Shown here piece by piece: positions 51,768 through 60,073 of a stretch of 64,000 nt of DNA. The stretch is taken from NCBI GenBank assembly GCA_021782915.1, contig JAJXUK010000003.1, positions 18,937-82,936 of the forward strand, written 5' to 3'. The notes beneath the pieces are model-generated. The model did no database searches, was not told the DNA's origin, and was given only the letters and a program-made list of their open reading frames with translations. The DNA comes from Actinomycetes bacterium (GTDB lineage Bacteria; Actinomycetota; Acidimicrobiia; Acidimicrobiales; RAAP-2). Position 1 is the first letter of the stretch; every line of letters starts with the position of its first letter. The position numbers and the translations under genes were made by a program.

Positions 51768-51974
51768 TCACCGACGATTGCGCAGCCACTCCGCTGGCGG
51801 CCACGTGACCAAGGGACGCCGCTCGTGCGTCGACTTCTTCGCGTGACTGGAGACCCCACACTCTCGGCAGTAGAGATGCGCGCAAGGAGGAACACCATAG
51901 ACCCGGGCCAACTCGCTGTCCGAGCAGATCATCGCGTCCACGACGTCTTCTGCACCGTTTGCCGTGAGTGGCAT
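51768..51974 (-). CDS. small Cys-rich ORF of unknown function (possibly part of a decayed gene)
   Basis: 68 aa, MPLTANGAEDVVDAMICSDSELARVYGVPPCAHLYCRECGV... ATG is preceded by AAGGGAGAG. The reading could continue in the +1 frame after GGTGAAAATCC into ...RWRFDLLAVLLDDARRVALEV. Confidence 0.3.
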   Translation of the reverse strand: MPLTANGAEDVVDAMICSDSELARVYGVPPCAHLYCRECGVSSHAKKSTHERRPLVTWPPAEWLRNRR

Positions 51975-52697
51975 GGCTCTCCCTTCACGTTCCGACAGCG
52001 ATGACTCGCGCCGACAATGTCGCGCGCCGCGTCGCACCACGTCATCAGCTGGGTCCCCACTCGGTGGGGCGCATGGGACTGGCTCGAATTAGCGTGACGT
52101 CACATAGGGCGCGGCCGCAACTCCGATGTCACGGCACCCGCCAGCCAGTCATCCACGCACCCTCGAACTGGCAAAGCGCCTTCGCCTCGGCGAGGTCGAC
52201 CGAAGCGGTGCATTCTCTTGTGACTCTGGCGTTGCTCAACGCGTGCCAGATGAGCCCAGCACTTCGCGTCAGCGGCAACTCGAGACGAGCCACGGGAGAT
52301 GGCTTCAGCCCCAAAAGCGTTCGCTCCGCCTCGCCGGGACTCGCTCCGCGCGTCGAGCAACCTGGTCGTGGGTCCTGGAAAGGTACTTCCTCGTGCCCCA
52401 ACATCTCCGATCACTCACCACCAGGACGAGCATCCTCGTCAGCGCCTCCTGGGTAACGATGCGGGTGCATCTCGTTGGGGGTGCACAGTGGTTGACGCTG
52501 CCGAGTTGTCCATCTCCGCAGCAACCGGAGCGCGTTGTGAGCACGATCGGCCCTGGCGAGCAACTGACGTCCTATGAACCCCCGCGCGTCCTCACGACTC
52601 GGCCGTGTCAGCGCACTTCTCCTGCGCCGACACGGCCGAGTCGCTCACGTCATGTTCAGAGATCCCGCTCTGACTCGTCCCACGCGTCAAGTCGCTC

Positions 52698-54161
52698 CTA
52701 GCCGACCGCCACGCCAGCGGGCAGGTCCTGGCCGGACGTCAGGGTCGTCGCGTTGCTGCCGTCGAGATCGGCCCGCACAATCGTGCCGTCATTCGCGTTG
52801 GCCCAGTAGAGAGTGCCGGCACTGACGGCGATGCCGTCCGGGTGCGCCTGGCCCGAGGCGAGTGTCGCTACCCCGGTGCCGTCGAGACTGGCCGACATGA
52901 TCGTGCCATCAGAGCCCTCATTCGAACCGGTGATCGCCCAGTAGAGGTGGGTGGCGTCCGCGGCCAGCGCGAAGGGGTGATCGCCGAGGCCGCTCAGAAG
53001 GGTCGTGGCACCAGTCGACGAGGCGAGGTCCAGCTCCCTGATCCGGTTGCTGGCGGTGTCGGTCCAGAACAACGTGCTGCCCGCGACAGCCACCGCGGAG
53101 GGCGAGTTCTCACCCGAGGCCAGGCGCGTCACGTTGGCGCCGTTCAGGTCGGACTGCATGATGGTGCCACTCGAGTAGTCGGCCCAGTAGATGTGAGTCG
53201 CGTCAACCGCCACCCCATAGGGATTGGCCTGATCCGTGACGAGGGTCGTCACGCCACTGCCGTCGAGGTTGGCCCGATTGATCGTGCCGGCCGTGACATC
53301 ATTCGCCCAGTAGATGTAGCTCGCGCCCACGGCCACCCCGAAGGGATTCGACTGGCCCGTGACGAGAGCCCTCACGCCCGTGCCATCAGGGTTGGCCGCC
53401 ATGATCGTGCCGTTCGAGAAATTGGCCCAGTACAGGCCGCTGCCGTAGAGCATTGGTGCCGCGGAGGCCTCGTTGGAGTAGCCGGAGCTCTGCCCGCTCG
53501 CGTCAACGGCCTCGACGACGTAGTACGTGGTCACCGTCGGGGCGGGAGCCACGTCGTAGCTCACGCTCGTCGCCTCGCCGAGGGTGCCATACGGGCCGCC
53601 CGGGGACGTCGCAACGTAGATCGTGTAGTGATCCACCGTTCCCGTGGCCGAGGCCGTCCAGCTCAGCGCGACGTGAGGAATCTGAAAGCCGGTGACGAGC
53701 GTCGCGCTCAGATCCGTCGGGGCGCTCGGCGCTGGCAACGGATAGATGGTGAGCGTCGCCTCAGTAAGACTTCCAAGCGAGTACTTCCGGCTCGGAGCGC
53801 TCAGGGTCAGCGTGACCGTCACACCCGATGAAGCCAGAGCGGCGACAGGGGTCGTCGGCACGCTCACCGAGGCCGTTGACTGTCCCGACTTGAAGTCGAC
53901 GGTCGTTGAGACCGACGTGTAGTTCGTGCCCGCGGACGCGGTGTGGTCACTGGTGGCGAACGTGACGCTGGCCGGTCCGTGGCTGTCCGAGCGCGTGAGG
54001 CTGATCGAGGCAGGGCTGCCCTGGCTCACCTGGTAGCTGGCGTCAGTGAACGCGATCGTCTTCGCCGGCTTGGGTGGCGGTGCCGCCGCCACGGTGCTCA
54101 CGGTCATGGCGAGCACCACCACCGCGCCGACCAGGCCGATCAAGGAGTTCCGGAATCTCAT
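52698..54161 (-). CDS. secreted Calx-beta + fibronectin-III + six-bladed YWTD (LDL-receptor class B-like) beta-propeller protein
   Basis: 487 aa from ATG 54161 (MRFRNSLIGLVGAVVVLAMTVSTVAA signal). Calx-beta-like SVTFATSDHTASAGTNYTSVSTTVDFKSGQSTASVSV, FN3-like segment, then six about 40-aa repeats with LYWAN/IYWAN/IYWAD/LFWTD/LYWAI/LYWAN each followed by G-T-I...DG(S/T)....L. Confidence 0.75.
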   Translation of the reverse strand: MRFRNSLIGLVGAVVVLAMTVSTVAAAPPPKPAKTIAFTDASYQVSQGSPASISLTRSDSHGPASVTFATSDHTASAGTNYTSVSTTVDFKSGQSTASVSVPTTPVAALASSGVTVTLTLSAPSRKYSLGSLTEATLTIYPLPAPSAPTDLSATLVTGFQIPHVALSWTASATGTVDHYTIYVATSPGGPYGTLGEATSVSYDVAPAPTVTTYYVVEAVDASGQSSGYSNEASAAPMLYGSGLYWANFSNGTIMAANPDGTGVRALVTGQSNPFGVAVGASYIYWANDVTAGTINRANLDGSGVTTLVTDQANPYGVAVDATHIYWADYSSGTIMQSDLNGANVTRLASGENSPSAVAVAGSTLFWTDTASNRIRELDLASSTGATTLLSGLGDHPFALAADATHLYWAITGSNEGSDGTIMSASLDGTGVATLASGQAHPDGIAVSAGTLYWANANDGTIVRADLDGSNATTLTSGQDLPAGVAVG

Positions 54162-54540
54162 GGAGCACACCCTTTCCGAGGGTCCGGTCACGTCACCCAC
54201 CGTCGACCAAGCGTCGGTCGAACCGCCAGGGCATCCTCCGCGGCCGCATCACCTCACTTCAGGGCCCGCACTCGCGCGCTCGTCGCGCGACGGGCCACAT
54301 CCTCTCGCCCCGTAGGACGAGCCAGCCCCGCGCGTGTCGCCGAGTCCCCACGGGCGCTCTCGAGGAGAGCGCCGGAGACGCCTCGCGTCATCCCTGTCCG
54401 GCGCCGCTCGGTCGAAACACACACTGGCATCAGCCGACCAACCCACGCCGCCGCCCAAATCATGGGCACCACCCGCTGCTGGCTACTAGGGACTTTCGAC
54501 CCTATTCTCAGAGCGGAGCCGGTGATCAGGGATCCCGGGT

Positions 54541-54562
54541 GATCCGGGGCCAGCCCCGGATC
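54541..54562. terminator. perfect GC hairpin downstream of the sulfurtransferase gene, at the islet boundary
   Basis: GATCCGGGG-CCAG-CCCCGGATC, 9 nt beyond the stop at 54572. Readable on both strands, no U-tract. Confidence 0.4.
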
Positions 54563-54571
54563 GGCGCCGGC

Positions 54572-55414
54572 TCATCGCTCGATCGGCACCCCCACGATCG
54601 AGCCCCACTCGGTCCAGGAGCCGTCGTAGACGCGAACGCCTCGGCGCTCCAGCAGCACGCTCAGCACGAACCAGGCGAAGGCGGCTCGGTGCCCCAGGCG
54701 ACAGGTCGTGACGACCTGACTGGTCTCCTCGACGCCGAGCTCGGCCAGAGTCTCACGGATGACTCGAGGCGCGAGCAGGCTGCCGTCGGCTCCGAGCAGC
54801 CGCTCGTGCGGCAGGCTGAGCGCGCCGGGGATGTGACCGCGTCGCTCCGCGCCGTGATCGCACGGCGCTCCGAGCGGAGCAACCCGCTGGCCGGTGTACT
54901 CCTCGAAGGATCGCATGTCCAGGATCACTCGACGCGCGTCGCCGAGCCCGGCCAGGACCTCCTCACGCGAGATGCGCGTGGAGGCGTCGCCGACGCCGGC
55001 ACGCAGCGTGCTCGGGCTCACGCGGACCTCCTTGCTCGTCAGGGGAAGACCGCGCGCCTGCCAGGTCCGACGTCCTCCGTCGAGCACGCTCACGTGGCCC
55101 AGAAGTCCCGCCCGATGCAGCACCCAGTACGCGTAGGTGCCCATCTGCACGCGATCTCCCATGAGCACGAGACGCGTCTGCTCGCCCACGCCGAGTGCCC
55201 CGAGACGCCGCGCGAGCACGTCGGGCTCGGCGAAGTCCCGCGTGGTCTCGTGCCAGAGCAGGTCCTTCCAGTAGGCGTAGCGGGCACCGGGCACGTGCGA
55301 CACGAAGTAGGGAGCCACGTCGGGTTCCAGGAACGAGACCTCCACGACGAGCACGTCAGGCTCACCCAGGATCGCCGCGAGACCCTCGGGGGAGATCAGA
55401 GCATCACTCGTCAC
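54572..55414 (-). CDS. tandem-rhodanese sulfurtransferase (thiosulfate/3-mercaptopyruvate type)
   Basis: 280 aa from GTG 55414 behind GGGAG. Two rhodanese domains, HIPGA motifs, active-site loop TTCRLGHRAA, C-terminal YDGSWTEWG. Confidence 0.8.
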   Translation of the reverse strand: MTSDALISPEGLAAILGEPDVLVVEVSFLEPDVAPYFVSHVPGARYAYWKDLLWHETTRDFAEPDVLARRLGALGVGEQTRLVLMGDRVQMGTYAYWVLHRAGLLGHVSVLDGGRRTWQARGLPLTSKEVRVSPSTLRAGVGDASTRISREEVLAGLGDARRVILDMRSFEEYTGQRVAPLGAPCDHGAERRGHIPGALSLPHERLLGADGSLLAPRVIRETLAELGVEETSQVVTTCRLGHRAAFAWFVLSVLLERRGVRVYDGSWTEWGSIVGVPIER

Positions 55415-55620
55415 CTCAGCTCCCTTCGCGCGTGCGCCACGGGCCCTGCACCACTCTGTCAGCCCGCGCGCCACGGCGCGTGGGTCATCACGAAAGCGCT
55501 CGAGCGTGCAGACACGCGGCGCGCAGCGTGGTCTGCTCAAGGCTTGCACCCAGGAGGAGGCGGTCGCCTCGACGTAGCTCGCGTCTCACGAGCGGGGCCG
55601 CGCCGTGCTCGAGGATGGTG

Positions 55621-56331
55621 CTAGGGAGTCGGGAACATGGAGGCAAAGCGCTCCAGCGCGCCGTCCAGGGCGGCCCCGTACGGCAGGGCCGCGAACTCGT
55701 AGAACGACGGGCGGCCCCGCGCGAAGGCCCCGGCCCCGCGCGCCGCGAGGCGCAGCCAGTGCTCGGCGGTGCTCGTCAGCTCAGCGCGCGGGACCACGGC
55801 CTGGACCAGTCCGAGCTCACGAGCGCGCTCGGCGCTGAAGGGCACGCCCGAGCCGATGTTCTCCATGGCGTGGCGCACGCCGATGCGATGTGCCAGGGGC
55901 ACCTGGGCGATCATGGGCCAGATCCCGAGGCTCACCTCGTGCGAGCCGATGCGCGCACCGGGCACGGCCACCGCGTAGTCGACCGCGGCGACCAGCGCCG
56001 CGCCACCGGCCAGGGCGTCACCCTGCACGGCGGCGGCGATGGGCTTGCCCAGGCGCGCCAGGCGATGCAGCAGCGCCACGAGCGAGCGCGCGAAGTCAAG
56101 TGGGTTCGCACCGGCGCGGATCGCCCCGATGTCCAGGCCGCCGCAGAAGACCTCACCCTCGCTGCGCAGCAGGATCGCCGACACCGACGCCTCGGCGTCC
56201 GCGCGCTCCAGCGCGTCGTGCAGGAGGCCCATAGAGGTCGGGTCGAGCAGGTTGCCCTCGCCGTGGGCCACGCTCAGCGTGCGCAAGCCCTCGCGATCCT
56301 CGTAGCTGAGCGCTGCGGCCATGGCCGCCAT
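55621..56331 (-). CDS. enoyl-CoA hydratase/isomerase (crotonase) family protein
   Basis: 236 aa from ATG 56331. VFCGGLDI...AAVQGDALAGGAALVAAVDYAV oxyanion-hole pattern. The ORF-track N-extension to 56661 overlaps mgtA. Confidence 0.8.
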   Translation of the reverse strand: MAAMAAALSYEDREGLRTLSVAHGEGNLLDPTSMGLLHDALERADAEASVSAILLRSEGEVFCGGLDIGAIRAGANPLDFARSLVALLHRLARLGKPIAAAVQGDALAGGAALVAAVDYAVAVPGARIGSHEVSLGIWPMIAQVPLAHRIGVRHAMENIGSGVPFSAERARELGLVQAVVPRAELTSTAEHWLRLAARGAGAFARGRPSFYEFAALPYGAALDGALERFASMFPTP

Positions 56332-56365
56332 TCTCGCCGCTGGGCCGAGGGCGTGCGCGGTCGCC

Positions 56366-59014
56366 CTACTCAGCCCGTGGCGCACGGCGCGCGAGACGAG
56401 CGCTGACGGCCCCGCGCGCGCGCCCGTGGCTCGTGTAGCGAGCGGCCCGGCGTCGCAGGTGTCGCTCACGACGCTGCGCGTGGGTGACGAACGTGGGCCG
56501 CAGGGCCCCGCGCGGGGCCCGGTAGAAGAGGACCTTGGCCGACTCGACCAGGACGAGGTAGAGAGCGACCATGACCGCCAGGGCCGCGAAGAACGTGCCG
56601 GGCAGGGGAGAGAAGCCCAGCACGTGGGCCACGGGCGTGTAGGGCAGCACCGCCCCCACACCGGCCATCAGCACCGGCACGACCGCCATCGTACGGCTGG
56701 GCCGGCTTCGCAGGAAGGGCACCCGTCGCGTGCGGATCACGTAGATGACCAGCGTCTGGGTGGCCAGTGACTCGACGAACCAGCCCGTGCGGAACTCGAC
56801 GTGCCCGGCGTGCAGGATCCAGAGCATCACCCCGAAGGTCGCGAAGTCGAAGACCGAGCTGATCGGGCCGAAGACGCCCATGAAGCGGCGAATGAAGCGC
56901 ATGTCCCAGGCCGCCGGGCGCGCCAGGGCCTCCTCGTCCACCCGGTCGGCCGGGATCACCATCTGGCCCGCGTCGTAGAGCAGGTTGTTGAGCAGCACCT
57001 GCGAGGGCAGAATCGGCAGGAAGCCGAGGAACGCCGAGGCGCCCGCAGCGGAGAACATGTTGCCGAAGTTCGACGACGTGGCCATGAGCACGTACTTCAT
57101 CGTGTTGGCGAAGATCCGCCGGCCCTCGGCGACCCCGTCGGCCAGCACCCCCAGATCCTTGTCGAGCAGCACGACGTCGGCGGCGTCCTTGGCCACGTCG
57201 GTGGCCGAGTCCACCGAGATGCCCACGTCGGCGTGGTGCAGGGCCACGGCGTCGTTGACCCCGTCGCCGAGGAAGGCCACGTCGCGCCCGGTTCGACGAG
57301 CGAGCTGGATCAGCCGAGACTTCTGCTCGGGACTGACGCGCGCGAAGACGTTGGTGCGCGGAATCGCCTCGGCCAGCGCGTCGTCGTTCATCGCGGCGAT
57401 CTGCGGACCGCTCAGCACCGCCTCGGCGCGAAGACCCAGGTCGGCGCAGACCTTGGCCGCGACCAATCCGTTGTCGCCCGTGATGATCTTGACCTCGACG
57501 CCGAGGCACTCGAGACGCACGAGCGCGTCGGCCGCGTCGGGCTTGATGGGGTCGGCGAAGACGAGGAATCCCTCCAAGACCAGATCGCCCTCGTCCTCGT
57601 CGCGTATCGTCGAGCGCACCTCGAGAACCCGGCTCGCCACAGCGATCACGCGCTCGCCCGCGTCGAAGAGCTGGCCGAGCACGGCGAGCGACTCGCCCGA
57701 CACCCGCGAGCAGCGCGCGACGACGACCTCGGGCGCGCCCTTGAGCAGCAGTCGCGTGAGCCCGTCAGACTCCACGATCACCGAGACGACTTGGCGCTCG
57801 TGGTCAAAGGGCCGCAGCGCGTGGCGCGTCGCCGCCCGGCGCGCGAGGGCGGCGTGCTCGGGCGCAAGTGCGCTCCACAGCGCTCGGTCCAGCGCGTTGC
57901 CCCCCACCGGGCCCGTCGGGCCCATCACGGCCTCGTTGCACAGCACCCCGAGCAGCAGCACCGACTCGGCGCTCTCGCCGCGCGCGTCGAGGGCTCGCTC
58001 GAAGGCCACCGCGCCCTGGGTCAGGGTGCCGGTCTTGTCGGTGAAGAGCAGCTCCACGTTGCCCAAGTCCTCGATGGCCACGAGGCGCTTGACCAGCACG
58101 CGGCGTCGAGCCAGCGCGCGCGAGCCGGTCGACAGGCTCACGGTCACGATGGCCGGCATCATCTCCGGAGCGATGCCGATGGCGATGGCCAGCGAGAAGA
58201 GCAGCGCGTCGATCACCGGCCGGTGCAGGAGCACGTTGATCACGAAGATCCCCGCGGTCAGGGCCGCGGCCACCGCGAAGAGGAAGCGCGAGAAGCGCGC
58301 CAGGCCGGCCTCGAAGGCGGTGAGCCCAGGCGACTCGCTCAGCCCGGCGGCGATGTGGCCGAACGCCGTGGCCAGCCCCGTCGCCACCACGACGCCCACG
58401 CCCGTTCCCTGGTGCACGATGGCGCCCTGCGAGGCGGTCGCGCTCGCGGGCTCACCCGGAGCCGGCGACTTGGCGACCGGCAGGGACTCGCCGGTGAGCA
58501 CCGCCTCGTCGCACTCCAGCTCCTGGGCGTCCAGCAGGCGCACGTCGGCGGGCACGAGGGCGCCCAGCGTGAGCTCGACCACGTCGCCGACCACCAGTTC
58601 GCTGACCGGCACGTCCCGCCACTGGCCGTTGCGGCGCACGCTCGCGCGGTGGCTGATGCGCCCGCGCAGTGCGCTCATCGCCCGCTCGGCGGCGAACTCG
58701 TTGAGGAATCCCAGCCCGACGCTCAGCCCCACGATCACCCCGATGATGACGGCGTTGGTGGTGCCCCCGGTGAAGCCCGAGACGATGGCCGCGAGCCCCA
58801 GCAGCCCGAGCAGCGGGTTGCGCAACTGACGTCCCAGGACCCCGAGCGCGCCGACCCGGTGGCTGAGCAGCTCGTTGGCGCCGTCGCGGGCCAGACGCCG
58901 GGCCGCCTCGGACTCGTCGAGACCCTCACTCGCCGAGCCCAGTCGCGCGAGGACGTCGGCGGGCTCGAGACGGGCGGCGTCTTCCAGGCCGAGTGCTGGC
59001 GCGGATCCGCCCAC
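56366..59014 (-). CDS. mgtA: magnesium-translocating P-type ATPase
   Basis: 882 aa, GTG start. N-terminal LGSASEGLDESEAARRLARDGANEL, phosphorylation site FTDKTGTLT, GDGVNDA, and MgtA-typical SSNFGNMFSAAGASAFLGFLPILPSQVLLNNLLYD. Confidence 0.9.
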   Translation of the reverse strand: MGGSAPALGLEDAARLEPADVLARLGSASEGLDESEAARRLARDGANELLSHRVGALGVLGRQLRNPLLGLLGLAAIVSGFTGGTTNAVIIGVIVGLSVGLGFLNEFAAERAMSALRGRISHRASVRRNGQWRDVPVSELVVGDVVELTLGALVPADVRLLDAQELECDEAVLTGESLPVAKSPAPGEPASATASQGAIVHQGTGVGVVVATGLATAFGHIAAGLSESPGLTAFEAGLARFSRFLFAVAAALTAGIFVINVLLHRPVIDALLFSLAIAIGIAPEMMPAIVTVSLSTGSRALARRRVLVKRLVAIEDLGNVELLFTDKTGTLTQGAVAFERALDARGESAESVLLLGVLCNEAVMGPTGPVGGNALDRALWSALAPEHAALARRAATRHALRPFDHERQVVSVIVESDGLTRLLLKGAPEVVVARCSRVSGESLAVLGQLFDAGERVIAVASRVLEVRSTIRDEDEGDLVLEGFLVFADPIKPDAADALVRLECLGVEVKIITGDNGLVAAKVCADLGLRAEAVLSGPQIAAMNDDALAEAIPRTNVFARVSPEQKSRLIQLARRTGRDVAFLGDGVNDAVALHHADVGISVDSATDVAKDAADVVLLDKDLGVLADGVAEGRRIFANTMKYVLMATSSNFGNMFSAAGASAFLGFLPILPSQVLLNNLLYDAGQMVIPADRVDEEALARPAAWDMRFIRRFMGVFGPISSVFDFATFGVMLWILHAGHVEFRTGWFVESLATQTLVIYVIRTRRVPFLRSRPSRTMAVVPVLMAGVGAVLPYTPVAHVLGFSPLPGTFFAALAVMVALYLVLVESAKVLFYRAPRGALRPTFVTHAQRRERHLRRRAARYTSHGRARGAVSARLARRAPRAE

Positions 59015-59419
59015 GCGCCCAGTCTGCCCGTACGAGGCGCGCCGCGCCGTCGCGGGCCTCGGCGAGCAGCGTGGTGAGCCCGCGGGCCTGCGAATGCTCC
59101 AGATCGACCCTGGCGCTCATCAGCACGAGGCACCCGCGCGCCGGCTGCTCCCGGTGCGCCGGGGCGAGCGAACTCGGTCCGAGGGCGACGGGCCAACTCC
59201 TCGACGGGCCGGGTGCGCCGGGCGCAGAACACGCGCCGCTCGGTCGAGGGCGCGAAGTCCTTGGCCCGCTCGACACCTGACGCCACTCCCTGGCCGGGCC
59301 CCTCCACCAGAGCCGCTCCACCAGCCCGCCGAGCTCTTCGGGCTGCGCGCAGCGTGAGGGACGCGCGCCAGGTGGATCTCGACTCCGGTTCGTCGCGTGC
59401 CGCCCGCTAGCGTGGCTCG
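59015..59419 (-). promoter_or_regulatory. long GC-rich structured 5' leader/promoter region of mgtA (riboswitch not demonstrated)
   Basis: 405 nt without a credible ORF between the mgtA start and the divergent HAD gene. Several stem-loops, and the motif CCGGCGCACC occurs twice on the mRNA strand. Confidence 0.35.
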
Positions 59420-60073
59420 ATGGCCGCGCTGGTGATCTTCGATCTGGACGGCGTGCTGGTGGACTCCGAGACCCTGGCGGTGGCCGTGGAGCAGCGAATC
59501 CTCGGCCAGATGGGCTGGAGCCTCAGCCGCGAGGAGATCGCCGAGCGCTTCGTGGGCCGCTCGGCGCACTACATGCGCGCCGAGGTGGAGCGCCACGTCG
59601 GCCGTCCGGTCAACTGGGCGCGCGAGTTCGATCCGCACTACGTGGCGGCCTTCAGGAGCGAGCTGCGCGCGGTGGACGGCGCTCACGAGGTGCTCGCCGG
59701 CCTGGGCCGAGCGGTGTGCGTGGCCTCGAGCTCGAGCCTCGAGCAGATCCAGCTCAAGCTCGAGCTGACCGGTCTACTCGACTTCTTCGCGGGCGCCCTC
59801 TTCTCCGGCGAGCAGGTGGCGCACCCCAAGCCCGCACCCGACGTCTTCCTGCACGCGGCGCGAGCGATGGGCTACGCACCCCGGGAGTGCGTCGTCGTCG
59901 AGGACAGTGTGGTGGGCGTGCGCGCGGGCCTGGCGGCCGGGATGCGCGTGCTGGGCCTGGCGAGCGAGCTCGTGCCCCGTGTGGCGCTAGAGGATCTGGG
60001 CGTCGAGGTCCTGGCGCAGCTCTCGGAGCTGCCCGGCGCGCTGCGAGTCACGCCGCCGGCCAACGCGACCTAG
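59420..60073 (+). CDS. HAD-IA hydrolase (beta-phosphoglucomutase-like)
   Basis: 217 aa. Motif I IFDLDGVLVDSE, motif III KPAPD, motif IV VVEDSVVG. Confidence 0.85.
   Translation: MAALVIFDLDGVLVDSETLAVAVEQRILGQMGWSLSREEIAERFVGRSAHYMRAEVERHVGRPVNWAREFDPHYVAAFRSELRAVDGAHEVLAGLGRAVCVASSSSLEQIQLKLELTGLLDFFAGALFSGEQVAHPKPAPDVFLHAARAMGYAPRECVVVEDSVVGVRAGLAAGMRVLGLASELVPRVALEDLGVEVLAQLSELPGALRVTPPANAT

Noticed and set aside
52701-53445. Regular about 120-nt periodicity here, and similar periodicity in 49600-51200, considered as a possible CRISPR or other DNA repeat array
   Set aside because: The periodicity is in-frame protein repeats (YWTD blades, Asp-boxes). Units are divergent at the DNA level and there is no repeat-spacer structure. 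I saw no CRISPR array anywhere in the window.
54215-54236. gcgtcggtcgaaccgccagggc, considered as a possible attR-like copy of the tRNA-Glu T-arm/3' end marking the islet boundary
   Set aside because: By-eye alignment to cacgggttcgaatcccgttggggg matches only about half the positions. That is not distinguishable from chance. A computed repeat search is needed.
54162-54540. Short ORFs (54249-54458 and 54254-54472, minus) in the 380-nt region upstream of the YWTD gene
   Set aside because: They are overlapping alternative frames with Arg-rich composition, no start context and no motif. The region is more likely the promoter and islet boundary.
58735-59321. ORFs 58735-59307 and 58926-59321 (minus), considered as leader peptides or upstream genes of mgtA
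   Set aside because: They overlap the mgtA N-terminus out of frame, are Arg/Pro/Gly-rich, and have no ribosome-binding context. I treated them as GC artefacts inside a non-coding leader.
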